Positions 46,034 through 56,175 of a DNA stretch of 64,000 nt are shown in pieces. Where the stretch lies: assembly GCA_964618625.1 (NCBI GenBank), contig CAZUBI010000001.1:396901-460900 (forward strand). Direction: 5' to 3'. Position numbers and translations under genes: made by a program. Each line of letters starts with the position of its first letter. Position 1 is the stretch's first letter. This stretch comes from an uncultured Candidatus Saccharibacteria bacterium. GTDB taxonomy: Bacteria > Patescibacteriota > Minisyncoccia > UBA6257. Below the pieces are notes generated by a model that was not told the origin of the DNA, searched no databases, and saw only the letters and a list, made by a program, of their open reading frames with translations.

Positions 46034-47628
46034 TTTTTAATTCCAAGTAATGGAATTAAGCTTTGCCCCGTCATTTCTGAAGGGATTGGTAAACCAAATA
46101 ATTCTAAAATTGTAGGTGTAACATCGGCAAGCATTCCTCCAGCCCATTTTTCTATTTCCAAAATTCTTTTTATTGAACGAGGAGAGGAAAATTTCCACCT
46201 TTTATCTATTAAATAAAAAGGAACAAGGCTGGTATCATGCTTGGTTTCTATTTCTCCTGTCAGAGGATTTATCATTCTTTCTAAATTGCCATGGTCAGCG
46301 GTAATAATGGTAGTATAATTCAATGCTTGGATTTTTTGAATTATTTTTGCCACTTCCTGATCCATAATTTTCGCGCATTGAATACCCGCTTTCATATTGC
46401 CTGTATGGCTTATTAAATCAGGATTAGCGTAATTTACTAATATAAAATCATAAATATTTTCATCAAAAGATTGAAAAAGCCGCGTAGTAATTTCTGGAGC
46501 CCTCAATTCCGGATAATCTTCAAGATGCAATGTTTTTATAGAAGGAATAATTACCCAATATTCACCCGGGAATGGTTTTTCTTTAAATCCGTCGAAAAAA
46601 TATGTAACATGGGCGTATTTTTCTGTTTCTGCTAAATGAAGTTGTCGTTTTCCAGCCTTAGAAAGTATTTGAGATAAACAGGTAGAGATTTTTTGAGGAG
46701 GGAATGCTACTGGTAAAGCAAAATCTCTTTTATATTGAGTAAATGTAGTAATTTTCAATTCTTGGAATTTTTTAATAGGAAATTTGTCAAATTGAGGATT
46801 AATAAAAGGTTCTACCAATTGTCGCATTCTTTCTTCGCGAAAATTGAAGAATATAATACCATCTCGTTCTTTGATAATACTTGAAGGCTCTTGTTCGTTT
46901 GGATCACCAATCAGTGCCGGAACAATAAATTCATCAGTAATGCTTCCTTTATAAGATTTTTCTAAATAAGCGAGAGCATCATTTTCTGTTTTGCATTTAC
47001 CAAAAACCAAAGCGTCATAACATTTAGCTATTCTGTTAAAATTATTATCTCTATCCATAGCATAAAAACGTCCTGACAAGCTGGCGATTTTGCCTTTTCC
47101 TCGTATTTTTATATCTTCTTGCAATTGAGTTATTAATTCTTTTGCTTTTGTCGGAGAGGAATCTCGTCCATCAGTAAAAAGATGCAAATTTATTTTTTCT
47201 ATCTTTAGAGAATTGGCTAAATCCAAAAGCGCCATAAGGTGCTCGTAAGAACTATGAACAATATTATTACTAAATAAACCGGCTAAATGTAATGTGCTAT
47301 TATTCTTTTTAACATGGTTATATGTTTCCAACAAAGCTGGGTTTTGGAAAAAAGATCCATTTTGTATGCTTTGTGAAATACGGACAGAATATTGGTATAA
47401 AATTTGACCAGTGCCTAATGTTAAATGGCCTACCTCGCTGTTTCCAGCTTTGTTAAATGGCAATCCTACAGAAATGCCTGATGCTTGTAAGGCGATCATA
47501 GGATAATATTTTTTAATCTCATCAATATTTGGAGTACCAGCTCGATGGATAGCATTAGAAAAATCTTTTTTTCCTATTCCCCAACCATCTAAAATTATTA
47601 AACAAATTTTTGAACAAAGACCAGGCAT
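46030..47628 (-). CDS. gpmI: 2,3-bisphosphoglycerate-independent phosphoglycerate mutase
   Basis: 532 aa; N-terminal ILDGWG, catalytic Ser region, C-terminal metal-binding ADHGN. Confidence 0.9.
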   Translation of the reverse strand: MPGLCSKICLIILDGWGIGKKDFSNAIHRAGTPNIDEIKKYYPMIALQASGISVGLPFNKAGNSEVGHLTLGTGQILYQYSVRISQSIQNGSFFQNPALLETYNHVKKNNSTLHLAGLFSNNIVHSSYEHLMALLDLANSLKIEKINLHLFTDGRDSSPTKAKELITQLQEDIKIRGKGKIASLSGRFYAMDRDNNFNRIAKCYDALVFGKCKTENDALAYLEKSYKGSITDEFIVPALIGDPNEQEPSSIIKERDGIIFFNFREERMRQLVEPFINPQFDKFPIKKFQELKITTFTQYKRDFALPVAFPPQKISTCLSQILSKAGKRQLHLAETEKYAHVTYFFDGFKEKPFPGEYWVIIPSIKTLHLEDYPELRAPEITTRLFQSFDENIYDFILVNYANPDLISHTGNMKAGIQCAKIMDQEVAKIIQKIQALNYTTIITADHGNLERMINPLTGEIETKHDTSLVPFYLIDKRWKFSSPRSIKRILEIEKWAGGMLADVTPTILELFGLPIPSEMTGQSLIPLLGIKK

Positions 47629-47668
47629 AAATTTAAAATTGTTTATAGTATATCTTATTTTTTTCTCT

Positions 47669-47698
47669 TTGACAAAGGATGTATCTTTCTGATAGAAT
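47669..47698 (+). promoter_or_regulatory. Putative promoter TTGACA-N18-TGaTAGAAT upstream of rny
   Basis: TTGACA at 47669-47674 and an extended -10 at 47690-47698. It predicts a ~250-nt rny leader containing family-1 repeat copy D. Confidence 0.4.
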
Positions 47699-47850
47699 TA
47701 TATTGTTCTACATTTAAACTTTAACTTAGGCACTATTTATTCTCTCGCGATTAACTTTTTAGGATGTTTTACCTGAAAGATTTCTATCAAATCATATTTT
47801 ATTTATTAAAGTTAAATCAAAAACTCTTAAGGGTTTCTTAGGTTTAATTT

Positions 47851-47918
47851 ATAAGAACCTGCTCGTTTCACTCGCAGAACCTTCGCAGAACCTTGTTTCT
47901 CACTTTGCTCGAAATAAA
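47851..47918 (-). repeat. Dispersed intergenic repeat family 1, copy D (consensus strand is minus)
   Basis: Reverse complement TTTATTTCGAGCAAAGTGAGAAACAAGGTTCTGCGAAGGTTCTGCGAGTGAAACGAGCAGGTTCTTAT, which contains an internal 11-nt tandem AAGGTTCTGCG x2. Confidence 0.65.
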
Positions 47919-47949
47919 CATAGAGGATAATAGGCCTTAAATTAAAATT

Positions 47950-49476
47950 ATGGCTATATTAGATATATCAAGCATAGTTCTGTCTATTGGGATAGGCTTG
48001 TTTTTGGGGTATGTTATTCGTCAGAAAATTGCCCAAAAATATTCTGATTCTATCGAGACTAAATTAAAGTCCCGTATCGAGAAAGTTCGTGAAGAAGCAA
48101 AAAAAGTTGTTTTAGAAGCCAGAGAAAAGGCTACGAAAATCTTAGAAGAATCTGAAGAAGAAAACAAGAAGAGAAAGATTCAGATTGATAAAATGGAAGA
48201 AAGATTATTCCAACGGGAAGAGTTGGTTGATAAGAAACAAAAAGAATTAACAGAGGAAGAGAAAGAGAATAAAAGAATCTTTGAGAAAATACAAAACTTA
48301 AAAACAGAACTGGAAAAACTTCAAAAAAGCGAATTAGAATCCTTGGAAAAGGTAGCAGGATTATCAGTAAAAGAGGCAAAAGAGGAACTTCTTCAAAGAG
48401 CAGAAAAAGAATATAAAGAGGATATATTGAAATCATTAAAAAAATTAGAAACAACAAGGAAAGAAGAAATGGAGAATAAAGCGAAAGATATAATGGTAGA
48501 CGCAATTCAAAAATACAGTCGTTCCAATGTTAGTGAAATTACTACCACTATAATGAATTTGCCTTCAGAGGATATAAAGGGAAGGATAATAGGCCGTGAA
48601 GGAAGAAATATTCGTCATTTTGAGAGACTTTCAGGAGTGGAATTGATAATGGATGATTCACCAAACACAATTATTCTTTCAAGTTTTGATCCTGCAAGGC
48701 GCGAAGTTGCGAGGATAGCTTTAGATAAATTAATCAAAGATGGTCGTATTCAACCAGCTAGAATTGAAGAAAAAATTATAGAGGCTCAGGCAGAAATTAG
48801 GGATACAATTAAAAAAGCAGGTGAAGATGCTGTATATGAAGTTGGCATATTAGATTTACCGCCAGAAATAATTTATTTATTAGGGAGATTAAACTTTAGG
48901 ACAAGCTATGGTCAGAATGCTTTAATGCATTCAATGGAAGTTGCTTTATTAAGCGCGGCTTTGGCTTCAGAACTTGGAGCTGATGTTGAAGTGGCCAAAA
49001 AAGCAGGACTACTTCATGATATTGGAAAAGCGGTTGATCAGGAGATTGAAGGCACTCATTTGGAATTAGGGAGGAAAATATTAAAAAAATATCATCAGTC
49101 AGAGGAAATAATTAAAGCAATGCAGTCTCATCATGATACATATCCTGTAGAGACTTTAGAAGCGGCTATTGTAAATGCTGCCGACGCTATTTCCGCTGCT
49201 CGTCCTGGAGCAAGAAAAGATAATGTTGAGGCATATCTTAAACGATTAGCTAATTTAGAAGAAATAGCTTATTCTTTTAAAGGGGTTGAGAAGGTTTATG
49301 CTGTTTCTGCTGGCAGGGAAATTAGAGTTTTTGTTCATCCGAATCAGATTGATGATCTTGGGGCAATGAAATTAGCAAAAGATTTAGCCAAACGTATAGA
49401 GGAAACATTGAAATATCCTGGCGAAGTTAAAGTCGCGATAATTCGTGAAACAAGAGCTATTGAAATTGCCAGATAA
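47950..49476 (+). CDS. rny: Ribonuclease Y
   Basis: N-terminal TM, coiled coil, KH domain GRIIGREGRNIRHFERLSGV, HD domain HSMEVALLSA...LLHDIGKA. Confidence 0.9.
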   Translation: MAILDISSIVLSIGIGLFLGYVIRQKIAQKYSDSIETKLKSRIEKVREEAKKVVLEAREKATKILEESEEENKKRKIQIDKMEERLFQREELVDKKQKELTEEEKENKRIFEKIQNLKTELEKLQKSELESLEKVAGLSVKEAKEELLQRAEKEYKEDILKSLKKLETTRKEEMENKAKDIMVDAIQKYSRSNVSEITTTIMNLPSEDIKGRIIGREGRNIRHFERLSGVELIMDDSPNTIILSSFDPARREVARIALDKLIKDGRIQPARIEEKIIEAQAEIRDTIKKAGEDAVYEVGILDLPPEIIYLLGRLNFRTSYGQNALMHSMEVALLSAALASELGADVEVAKKAGLLHDIGKAVDQEIEGTHLELGRKILKKYHQSEEIIKAMQSHHDTYPVETLEAAIVNAADAISAARPGARKDNVEAYLKRLANLEEIAYSFKGVEKVYAVSAGREIRVFVHPNQIDDLGAMKLAKDLAKRIEETLKYPGEVKVAIIRETRAIEIAR

Positions 49477-49546
49477 CTTTTAGAGTATTTGCTTTATTTA
49501 AGCCATTTTGATATAATTGAAATGGGTACATTCCAATATAACGTTC

Positions 49547-49575
49547 TTGAGCGATAGCGAAAAGGGTGTTATAAT
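49547..49575 (+). promoter_or_regulatory. Putative hup promoter TTGAGC-N17-TATAAT
   Basis: TTGAGC at 49547-49552 and TATAAT at 49570-49575, ~85 nt upstream of the hup ATG. Confidence 0.45.
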
Positions 49576-49659
49576 TGAGACATAAGGTAAAAGGTCGAAC
49601 CCTGTTTAGGCAGTATCTATTAGCCTAAAAAGGTAAAAAATATTATAAAAATTATTACA

Positions 49660-49932
49660 ATGACAAAAGAAGGTTTAACTGAGTCCATTGTTAACAAAGT
49701 TGGTTGTTCTAAAGCAGATGCAGGCAGGGCTTTAGACGCAATTCTTGAAGCAATTACTAAAAGTTTAACAAGTGGAGATTCTGTAACAATAACAGGTTTT
49801 GGTACTTTTAGCGCTAGAGCAAGAGCTGCCAGAGCTGGAGTAAATCCTAAGACCGGCGAGAAGATTCAGATTCCTGCTATGACAGTTCCAAAATTTAAAG
49901 CAGGAAAAGGCCTTAAAGAGGCTGTAAGATAA
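49660..49932 (+). CDS. hup: HU-family nucleoid-associated DNA-binding protein
   Basis: 90 aa; ITGFGTFSARARAARAGVNPKTGEKIQIPA is the canonical HU arm. Confidence 0.9.
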   Translation: MTKEGLTESIVNKVGCSKADAGRALDAILEAITKSLTSGDSVTITGFGTFSARARAARAGVNPKTGEKIQIPAMTVPKFKAGKGLKEAVR

Positions 49933-49951
49933 AAGAGATAGATTCCTTTTT

Positions 49952-49982
49952 AAAACCCCGACTAATTTAGTCGGGGTTTTAA
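49952..49982. terminator. Bidirectional rho-independent-type terminator
   Basis: AAAACCCCGACT-aattt-AGTCGGGGTTTT: perfect 8-bp GC-rich stem with an A-run and a T-run. It lies between convergent hup(+) and the S1-domain gene(-). Confidence 0.7.
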
Positions 49983-50003
49983 TAATTTGAGTTTTTTATC
50001 CTA

Positions 50004-50828
50004 TTAAGCTTTTTTTGGTTCCTTTTCTTTTAAATCTTTAAAAGATAATGAAATTTTGTCATCTTCTATACTAATAATTTTTGCTTCTTTTATTTCTCCT
50101 TCTTTTAAAATATCGTTAATCTTGGCAGCTGATTCATTAGGGATTTGCGATATATGAACAAGTCCATCGATTCCGCTATCCTCTAATTTTACAAAAGCGC
50201 CGAAATCTACAATTTTAGTAATTTTTACCTGTATTTTATCTCCAATATTATATTTATTTATAATATTTTTTATTTTATCTTTTTCTACCAATTTTTCAGA
50301 AAAGATTAATTTATTTGCAGCAGGGTCAAAGTCCAATATTTTAACTGGTATTTTTTCCCCGATTAAAAAATTTAGTTTTTCTAATATTTTATTCTTATTA
50401 CCTTCACCTACTTTTGGATAATGTTCTGTTGATAATTGGGAAGCAGGAAGGAATCCTTTAATGTTTTCTACTTTTCCCATTAAACCCCCGGCATTAGCTT
50501 CTGAGATTAACAAAGGAAATGTTGTTTCCTGTTTTTTCATTTCTTTTATTTTTTCCCATGCTTTTTCTTTTTCTAAATTTTGCAAAGCCATTTCTATTAG
50601 TCCATCTTCATTATTCCAATCAAGAATTTTTACTAAAACCTTAGTACCTATTTCCAATTTTTTGATATAATTTTTTGTTTCTATATAATTTACTCCTTGA
50701 ATAATACCTGTGCCATAAGGAGACAGGTCTATAAATAAAGATCTTTCTTTTTTTTCTAAAATAAATCCCTCAACAAAAGATCCAATTGAGGGCATAGAAA
50801 TTGAATTATTTTTTTTCTCAGAATACAT
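50004..50828 (-). CDS. S1 RNA-binding-domain protein (short RpsA-like, three S1 repeats)
   Basis: 274 aa; three S1-like segments (GSFVEGFIL.., GGLMGKVENIKGFLPAS.., IGDKIQVKITKIVDFGAFVKL..). Confidence 0.6.
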   Translation of the reverse strand: MYSEKKNNSISMPSIGSFVEGFILEKKERSLFIDLSPYGTGIIQGVNYIETKNYIKKLEIGTKVLVKILDWNNEDGLIEMALQNLEKEKAWEKIKEMKKQETTFPLLISEANAGGLMGKVENIKGFLPASQLSTEHYPKVGEGNKNKILEKLNFLIGEKIPVKILDFDPAANKLIFSEKLVEKDKIKNIINKYNIGDKIQVKITKIVDFGAFVKLEDSGIDGLVHISQIPNESAAKINDILKEGEIKEAKIISIEDDKISLSFKDLKEKEPKKA

Positions 50829-50878
50829 TGATTATTTTAATTTTTTAATCTGTTTTTTGATTCTTGTTTTTTTGTGTG

Positions 50879-50950
50879 TGCCTGGGCGGTGAATCGAACA
50901 CCGGACGCTTTGCTCTTCAAGCAAACGCTCTACCACTGAGCTACCCAGGC
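50879..50950 (-). tRNA. tRNA-Phe(GAA)
   Basis: Reverse complement GCCTGGGTAGCTCAGTGGTAGAGCGTTTGCTTGAAGAGCAAAGCGTCCGGTGTTCGATTCACCGCCCAGGCA. Anticodon loop TTGAAGA. Confidence 0.85.
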
Positions 50951-51013
50951 TTAAACTCAGATTACCAGTTTAGCATAATAGATTTTTAAAGTAAATACGA
51001 TGAGAGGAATTAG

Positions 51014-51087
51014 TGGGCGTGTCCCGACTCGAACGGGAGGCCTTCTCGGTGTAAACGAGACGCTCTAACCAGCTGAGCTACACGCCC
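51014..51087 (-). tRNA. tRNA-Val(UAC)
   Basis: Reverse complement GGGCGTGTAGCTCAGCTGGTTAGAGCGTCTCGTTTACACCGAGAAGGCCTCCCGTTCGAGTCGGGACACGCCCA. Anticodon loop TTTACAC. Confidence 0.85.
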
Positions 51088-51135
51088 AAAATTTTTCGCC
51101 GCCAATCTGATAAATAAAATGATTTTTTTCATAGG

Positions 51136-52143
51136 TTATTTTCGACGATCAATCATCCCTTTGTTTGATTGCGCCGTTCCAATAAGCGTTATTGGTACTC
51201 CCAAATTGCTCTCAAGATTTTCAATATAGGTTTTGGCCTCTTGGCTTAAAGAATCCCAAGAATTTTTCCCTTCATCTTGTGGGTAAAGATAATTTAAGAA
51301 TTGAAGTGCAATTTGTGTTGGACGGTTCACTAAAATCGCCTTTTTAACAATTTCAATATCAAACTCGGCTACTCGTCTAATTTTTTTAGTAACTGTTGTT
51401 TTTTCTTCAACTTTCTTACCAATACGATTAGATAATTCTTCCCAGGTGATTTCATTTTTTAATGGTCCGGAATTTCCGGCGACTCTTATAGGATAGGTGC
51501 GTATAACAAGAATAATTTCGGTTGCAAGCCGTGGAGAAATTCCAGCTTCTGCTAAAAAGTTTGCGGCATTTGTATCACGAGAAGTAACGAACGGATAAAT
51601 GCCATGATAGATTGATAGTCCAAATCCTTGTGTGCCCTCAACGAGAACATTTTTACCCTCATCAACCCCCCGATTGAGAATTTCTGCTACATTGGCAATT
51701 TGAAAATCTTTCAAAATATCTTTTGCAAGCTTAAAATCTTTTCGCCAAATTCTGTCTACTAGCGCTGCACCGCAACCCTTTCCTGTGCTTCCGATTTTTT
51801 CAATAAGCTCACCTTCTTGTAAAGAATGCTTTTCTTCTATAATGCCAGCTTGTGGATCGATAAAAAGGCGTTCTTTTGTGTTGGTGCGTTCAACTTCTTT
51901 TCTTAGAATGTCGGGGTTTATAAGTGCGCCTGCTCCGATACAAAGAATGCATTTCTGATTTAAAAAAGTTGCTGGAATTTGTTGAAGCGGATATATTTCA
52001 TCGTCTTTTAAAACAGTATGCCCTGCGTTTGGTGCTCCAGTTCTTACGGCAATATCAAATTCATTAGCAAGGAATGAAATTACTTTGCCTTTTGCCTCCG
52101 AGCCGAATTGTCCACCGATAACAATTGTTATTTTGCCTTTCAT
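51136..52143 (-). CDS. purA: Adenylosuccinate synthetase-like protein, short (archaeal-type, ~335 aa)
   Basis: P-loop GGQFGSEAKGKV, GHTV, and GTTxxGxG-like GSTGKGCGAA; about 100 aa shorter than bacterial PurA. Confidence 0.65.
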   Translation of the reverse strand: MKGKITIVIGGQFGSEAKGKVISFLANEFDIAVRTGAPNAGHTVLKDDEIYPLQQIPATFLNQKCILCIGAGALINPDILRKEVERTNTKERLFIDPQAGIIEEKHSLQEGELIEKIGSTGKGCGAALVDRIWRKDFKLAKDILKDFQIANVAEILNRGVDEGKNVLVEGTQGFGLSIYHGIYPFVTSRDTNAANFLAEAGISPRLATEIILVIRTYPIRVAGNSGPLKNEITWEELSNRIGKKVEEKTTVTKKIRRVAEFDIEIVKKAILVNRPTQIALQFLNYLYPQDEGKNSWDSLSQEAKTYIENLESNLGVPITLIGTAQSNKGMIDRRK

Positions 52144-52231
52144 AATAAATTATTCATTTTAACCACAAAGACTTTCGCAATTTTTTGCATAATTTTAAGC
52201 GATAGGCCAAGACAAGATATATCGCTTATAG

Positions 52232-52302
52232 TGGACCCAGTGGGAGTCGAACCCACGACGCCTCTATGCCATAGAGGTATTTTACCACTAGACTATGGGC
52301 CC
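52232..52302 (-). tRNA. tRNA-Ala(GGC) with G3:U70
   Basis: Reverse complement GGGCCCATAGTCTAGTGGTAAAATACCTCTATGGCATAGAGGCGTCGTGGGTTCGACTCCCACTGGGTCCA. Anticodon loop ATGGCAT. Acceptor G3 pairs with U70, the Ala identity element. Confidence 0.75.
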
Positions 52303-52413
52303 ATGCTGTATTTAGGAATCTTATCAGTTTTTTTATCAATTTTCAAGAAAAATCTGCATTTCTTTATTTATTTTAATAAATAAACATGGTATTATTAAAG
52401 ATATAAATTATTT

Positions 52414-53280
52414 TTGTTTATTATAATTATGAAGCTAACACTAAAAGAGATGGAAGATTTGACGATAACTATTCGTCAAGAAATAATTAAAATGCTTTTA
52501 GAAGCAAAATCAGGTCATTGTGCAGGGCCTTTAGGCGCAGTGGAATTATATGTTGCTCTTTATTTTAGTGGGATTTTAAATTATGATCCTAAAAATCCAA
52601 ATTGGGAAAAAAGGGATAGGGTTGTTATTTCCAATGGACATTATGCGCCTTTACTTTATACAGTTTTAGCTCATGCTGGATATTTTCCTTTGGAAGAATT
52701 GAAAACTTTAAGAAAATTAGGGAGTAATCTTCAAGGTCATCCTCATCGTCTATTATTACCAGGAATTGAAACTTCTTCTGGTCCAGTAGGTGAAGGTCTT
52801 TCTCAGGCAGTTGGTATGGCTTTGGGGGCAAAAATGAATAAAAAGAAACTTCAAGTTTATTGTTTAATGGGAGATGGAGAGCAAGATTGCGGAAATACTT
52901 GGGAAGCAGTAATGACAGCAGGGAAATATCGTTTAGATAATTTAACAGCTATTATTGATAGAAATAATATTCAAATTGATGGGTTTACTGAAAATGTTAT
53001 GCCTTTAGAACCTTTAAAAGAAAAATATGAATCTTTTGGTTGGAAAGTTTTAGAAATAGATGGTCATAATATTCCAGAAATTATTAAAGCTGTTAATGCT
53101 TCAAAATCCGTTTTTGTTAAACCAGTCGTAATTATTGCTAATACTATTCCCGGAAAAGGAATAGATTTTATGCAATGGGAATATCAATGGCATGGAAAAA
53201 CGCCAAGTTCTAAAGAAACAGAAGAAGCCTTACGCCAATTAAGGAGTATGAACGGACAAATTGAATCAGAAATAGAATAA
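52414..53280 (+). CDS. tkt: Transketolase, N-terminal (TPP-binding) subunit of a split enzyme
   Basis: 288 aa; GHCAGPLG, GDGE..G TPP-binding motif. The C-terminal half is encoded by the next gene. Confidence 0.9.
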   Translation: MFIIIMKLTLKEMEDLTITIRQEIIKMLLEAKSGHCAGPLGAVELYVALYFSGILNYDPKNPNWEKRDRVVISNGHYAPLLYTVLAHAGYFPLEELKTLRKLGSNLQGHPHRLLLPGIETSSGPVGEGLSQAVGMALGAKMNKKKLQVYCLMGDGEQDCGNTWEAVMTAGKYRLDNLTAIIDRNNIQIDGFTENVMPLEPLKEKYESFGWKVLEIDGHNIPEIIKAVNASKSVFVKPVVIIANTIPGKGIDFMQWEYQWHGKTPSSKETEEALRQLRSMNGQIESEIE

Positions 53281-53293
53281 TTAATTTTTAAAT

Positions 53294-54289
53294 ATGCTTA
53301 ATCCTGATATTAAATTTAATCCGAAAATCTTTACAGAGAAGATTAAACAAATTTCTATTCGCGATGGTTTTGGCGAAGGTTTGGTTATAGCTGGGGAAAT
53401 GGATGAAAGAGTAGTTGCTTTATGCGCTGATGTGACAGAATCTCTAAGAATGCATTTATTCAGAGGCCGTTTTCCAGAAAGATTTATTCAAGTAGGGATT
53501 GCTGAACAAAATATGGTTGGTATTGCTTCAGGTTTAGCAGCTTCAGGAAAGATTCCTGTGATTGGATCTTATGCTGTTTTTTCTCCTGGAAGAAATTGGG
53601 AGCAGATTAGAACAACTATTTGTTACAATCAACAAAAAGCTATTTTTATTGGCTCGCACGCTGGATTAAATGTAGGGCCTGATGGTGCTAGTCATCAGGC
53701 CTTGGAAGATATTGCTTTAATGAGGGTTTTACCCAATATGGCAGTTGTATGCCCTGCTGATGCCTTGGAAGCTCGTAAAGCTATCCTTTCAGCAATTGAG
53801 TACAAGGATTCAGTATATATCCGTTTGCCTCGGGAAAAATCACCAATTTTCACAACAGAAGAAACATCTTGGGAAATTGGAAAGTCTCAAGAACTTTGGA
53901 TTCCAAAACAAGGAGAACAGTTCTCCGGCATTACAATTTTTGCTTGTGGGTATTTAGTATATAAAACATTGGAAGCGGCTAAAGAATTAGAAAAAGAAGG
54001 CATATTAATAACTGTTATAAACAATTCTGCAATTAAACCATTAGATGAAAAAATGATATTAAAATGGGCTAAAAAATCCAAAGCCATAATTACTTTAGAA
54101 GAACATCAAGTAGCTGGAGGAATGGGATCAGCCATAGCAGAATTTTTAAGTGAAAATCATCCTTTGCCAATTAAATTTATGGGCATAAAAGATAGATTTG
54201 GACAAAGTGGGCAAACAGAAGAATTATTAACAAAATATAATCTTAATAAGGAAGCGATAAAAGAAAGAGTAAAAGAGCTTCTTAATTAA
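53294..54289 (+). CDS. tkt: Transketolase, C-terminal (pyrimidine-binding + C-terminal domain) subunit
   Basis: 331 aa; FIQVGIAEQNMVGIASGLA, SHAGLNVGPDGASHQALEDIA. Confidence 0.9.
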   Translation: MLNPDIKFNPKIFTEKIKQISIRDGFGEGLVIAGEMDERVVALCADVTESLRMHLFRGRFPERFIQVGIAEQNMVGIASGLAASGKIPVIGSYAVFSPGRNWEQIRTTICYNQQKAIFIGSHAGLNVGPDGASHQALEDIALMRVLPNMAVVCPADALEARKAILSAIEYKDSVYIRLPREKSPIFTTEETSWEIGKSQELWIPKQGEQFSGITIFACGYLVYKTLEAAKELEKEGILITVINNSAIKPLDEKMILKWAKKSKAIITLEEHQVAGGMGSAIAEFLSENHPLPIKFMGIKDRFGQSGQTEELLTKYNLNKEAIKERVKELLN

Positions 54290-54302
54290 ATAGATATTTA
54301 TT

Positions 54303-55304
54303 ATGTTTGACGTAATTACAATTGGTTCTGCCACTCGTGATGGATTTTTTGAAGGGATTGATTTTTTATCTGTTGAAGGAAAATGTTTTGTGGCTAATAA
54401 GGGTATTTGTCTTCCTTTAGGAGCTAAATTAAGAATTCCAAAAGTTCATTTTCTTACTGGAGGGAGTGCTACAAATACTGCAGTTAGTTTTGCTCGGCAG
54501 GGATTAAAAACCGCAATTATTTGCCGTGTTGGTAATGATATTTCAGGAAAAACAATTATTGAAGAGCAAAAAGATGAAAAAATAGATATTCAATTTATTC
54601 AAAAAGATTATACTGTACCCACTGCTTATTCAGTTATCTTTTTAACTTCTTCAGGAGAAAGAACAATTCTTTCTTATAAAGGTTGTGCTGAGAATTTGAC
54701 TATTCAGGAAATCCCTTGGAAAAAGATAAAAACTCGTTGGTTATGTATTGGGTCTTTGGGAAAAGAAAAGAACATTTTAAAAAAGGTAATTGAATTTGCT
54801 GTTTCTAAAAATATTAAATTAGCAATTAATCCTGGTTGGTATGAATTGAATTGGTTAAAGAAACATCCAAAATGGTTAGAAAAATTTGAAATATTTATAT
54901 GTAATCAAGAAGAAGCAGCATATTTTACAGATATTCCATACACCAAAGAAAAGAAAATCTTTAAGAAGTTAGATGATTTTGTAAAAGGAATAGTCGTAAT
55001 GACAAAAGGTGAAAATGGTGTTAGTATTTCTAATGGAAAAACTCTATGGAAAGCAGGCGTTTTTAAGAAAAAAAAGACGATAGATACTACGGGTGCTGGT
55101 GATGCTTTTGCGTCTGCGTTTATATCAACATTTATTAAAAAAGAAAAAATAAATGAAAAGATAATAGAAGAGGCGATTCGTATAGGAAGCGCTAATGCTT
55201 GTTCAGTAGTAGAATATATTGGAACAAAACCCGGTATTCTTTATAAAAAAGATTTTAAGAAATCCCGTTTCCAGCATCTTAAAATAAAAAGAGTATTACT
55301 TTAA
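54303..55304 (+). CDS. PfkB-family (ribokinase-like) sugar kinase
   Basis: GG motif near the N-terminus; C-terminal DTTGAGDAFASAF catalytic motif. Confidence 0.75.
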   Translation: MFDVITIGSATRDGFFEGIDFLSVEGKCFVANKGICLPLGAKLRIPKVHFLTGGSATNTAVSFARQGLKTAIICRVGNDISGKTIIEEQKDEKIDIQFIQKDYTVPTAYSVIFLTSSGERTILSYKGCAENLTIQEIPWKKIKTRWLCIGSLGKEKNILKKVIEFAVSKNIKLAINPGWYELNWLKKHPKWLEKFEIFICNQEEAAYFTDIPYTKEKKIFKKLDDFVKGIVVMTKGENGVSISNGKTLWKAGVFKKKKTIDTTGAGDAFASAFISTFIKKEKINEKIIEEAIRIGSANACSVVEYIGTKPGILYKKDFKKSRFQHLKIKRVLL

Positions 55305-55325
55305 GAATAATAAAAAGGTTTAGAG

Positions 55326-55374
55326 ATGTTGTTGAGAAAACTGTAGCGATTAGCGTGTTTTTGAAACAATATTT
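55326..55374. repeat. Dyad-symmetric intergenic element, family 2, copy 3 of 3
   Basis: ATGTTGTTGAGAAAACTGTAGCGATTAGCGTGTTTTTGAAACAATATT, between the pfkB-like kinase and the aldolase. Confidence 0.6.
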
Positions 55375-55401
55375 CAAACCTTAAACTTTAAAATTAAAAT
55401 T

Positions 55402-56163
55402 ATGAATAGTAATTTCCTTCAGCCATTTTTATACAAAGACAGGGCTTTGTTTTTGTCTTATGATCATGGCTTTGAACATGGCCCAAAAGACTTAATAGGT
55501 GAAAGCATAGACCCAGAATATATTTTAGATTTAGCAGTAAAAGGAGACTACACAGGGATTATTTTACAAAAAGGAATTGCGGAAAAATATTATACAGGTA
55601 CTAAGTATGAGAGAACAGTCCCGCTGATTTTGAAAATTAATGGTAAGACTAATATTCCACAAACTACTGATCCTTATTCTTCAATTAATTGTTCAGTAGA
55701 TTATGCTAAGAAATTAGGGGCTAAAGCAGTGGGCTATACTATTTATTTAGGAAGTAAATATGAAGAGAAAATGTTTTCGGATTTTGGAAAGATTCAAGAA
55801 CAAGCTCATAAATTAAAAATGGCAGCAATTGCTTGGATATATCCTCGAGGTTCAGCAGTAGAAGATGAAACCTCTCCAGAAATGACAGCTTATGCTGCCA
55901 GAGTCGGGTTGGAATTAGGAGCTGATATGATAAAGATAAAATATTGTGGTTCTGAAGAAACATTTAGAAAAGCAGTGCAAGCAGCTGGAAAAACAAAAGT
56001 CATTTTGTCAGGAGGACCGAAAATAGAAGACGAGGAAATTCTAAAAATAATTAAATCTGTTATGAAAGCTGGAGCAACAGGAATAGCTGTAGGACGTAAT
56101 GTTTTTCAGCACCAAGATTCATTAGCTATGACTGAAAAAATAAAGAAAATTGTTTTTGATTAA
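55402..56163 (+). CDS. Class I fructose-bisphosphate aldolase (DhnA/archaeal type)
   Basis: 253 aa; LSYDHGFEHGP, Schiff-base Lys region IKIKY, and C-terminal GATGIAVGRNVFQ typical of the DhnA family. Confidence 0.65.
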   Translation: MNSNFLQPFLYKDRALFLSYDHGFEHGPKDLIGESIDPEYILDLAVKGDYTGIILQKGIAEKYYTGTKYERTVPLILKINGKTNIPQTTDPYSSINCSVDYAKKLGAKAVGYTIYLGSKYEEKMFSDFGKIQEQAHKLKMAAIAWIYPRGSAVEDETSPEMTAYAARVGLELGADMIKIKYCGSEETFRKAVQAAGKTKVILSGGPKIEDEEILKIIKSVMKAGATGIAVGRNVFQHQDSLAMTEKIKKIVFD

Positions 56164-56175
56164 AAAATCTTACTG

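Noticed and set aside
52108-52383. 91-aa plus-strand ORF
   Set aside because: It reads straight through tRNA-Ala(GGC) on the opposite strand and into the tkt promoter region; artefact.
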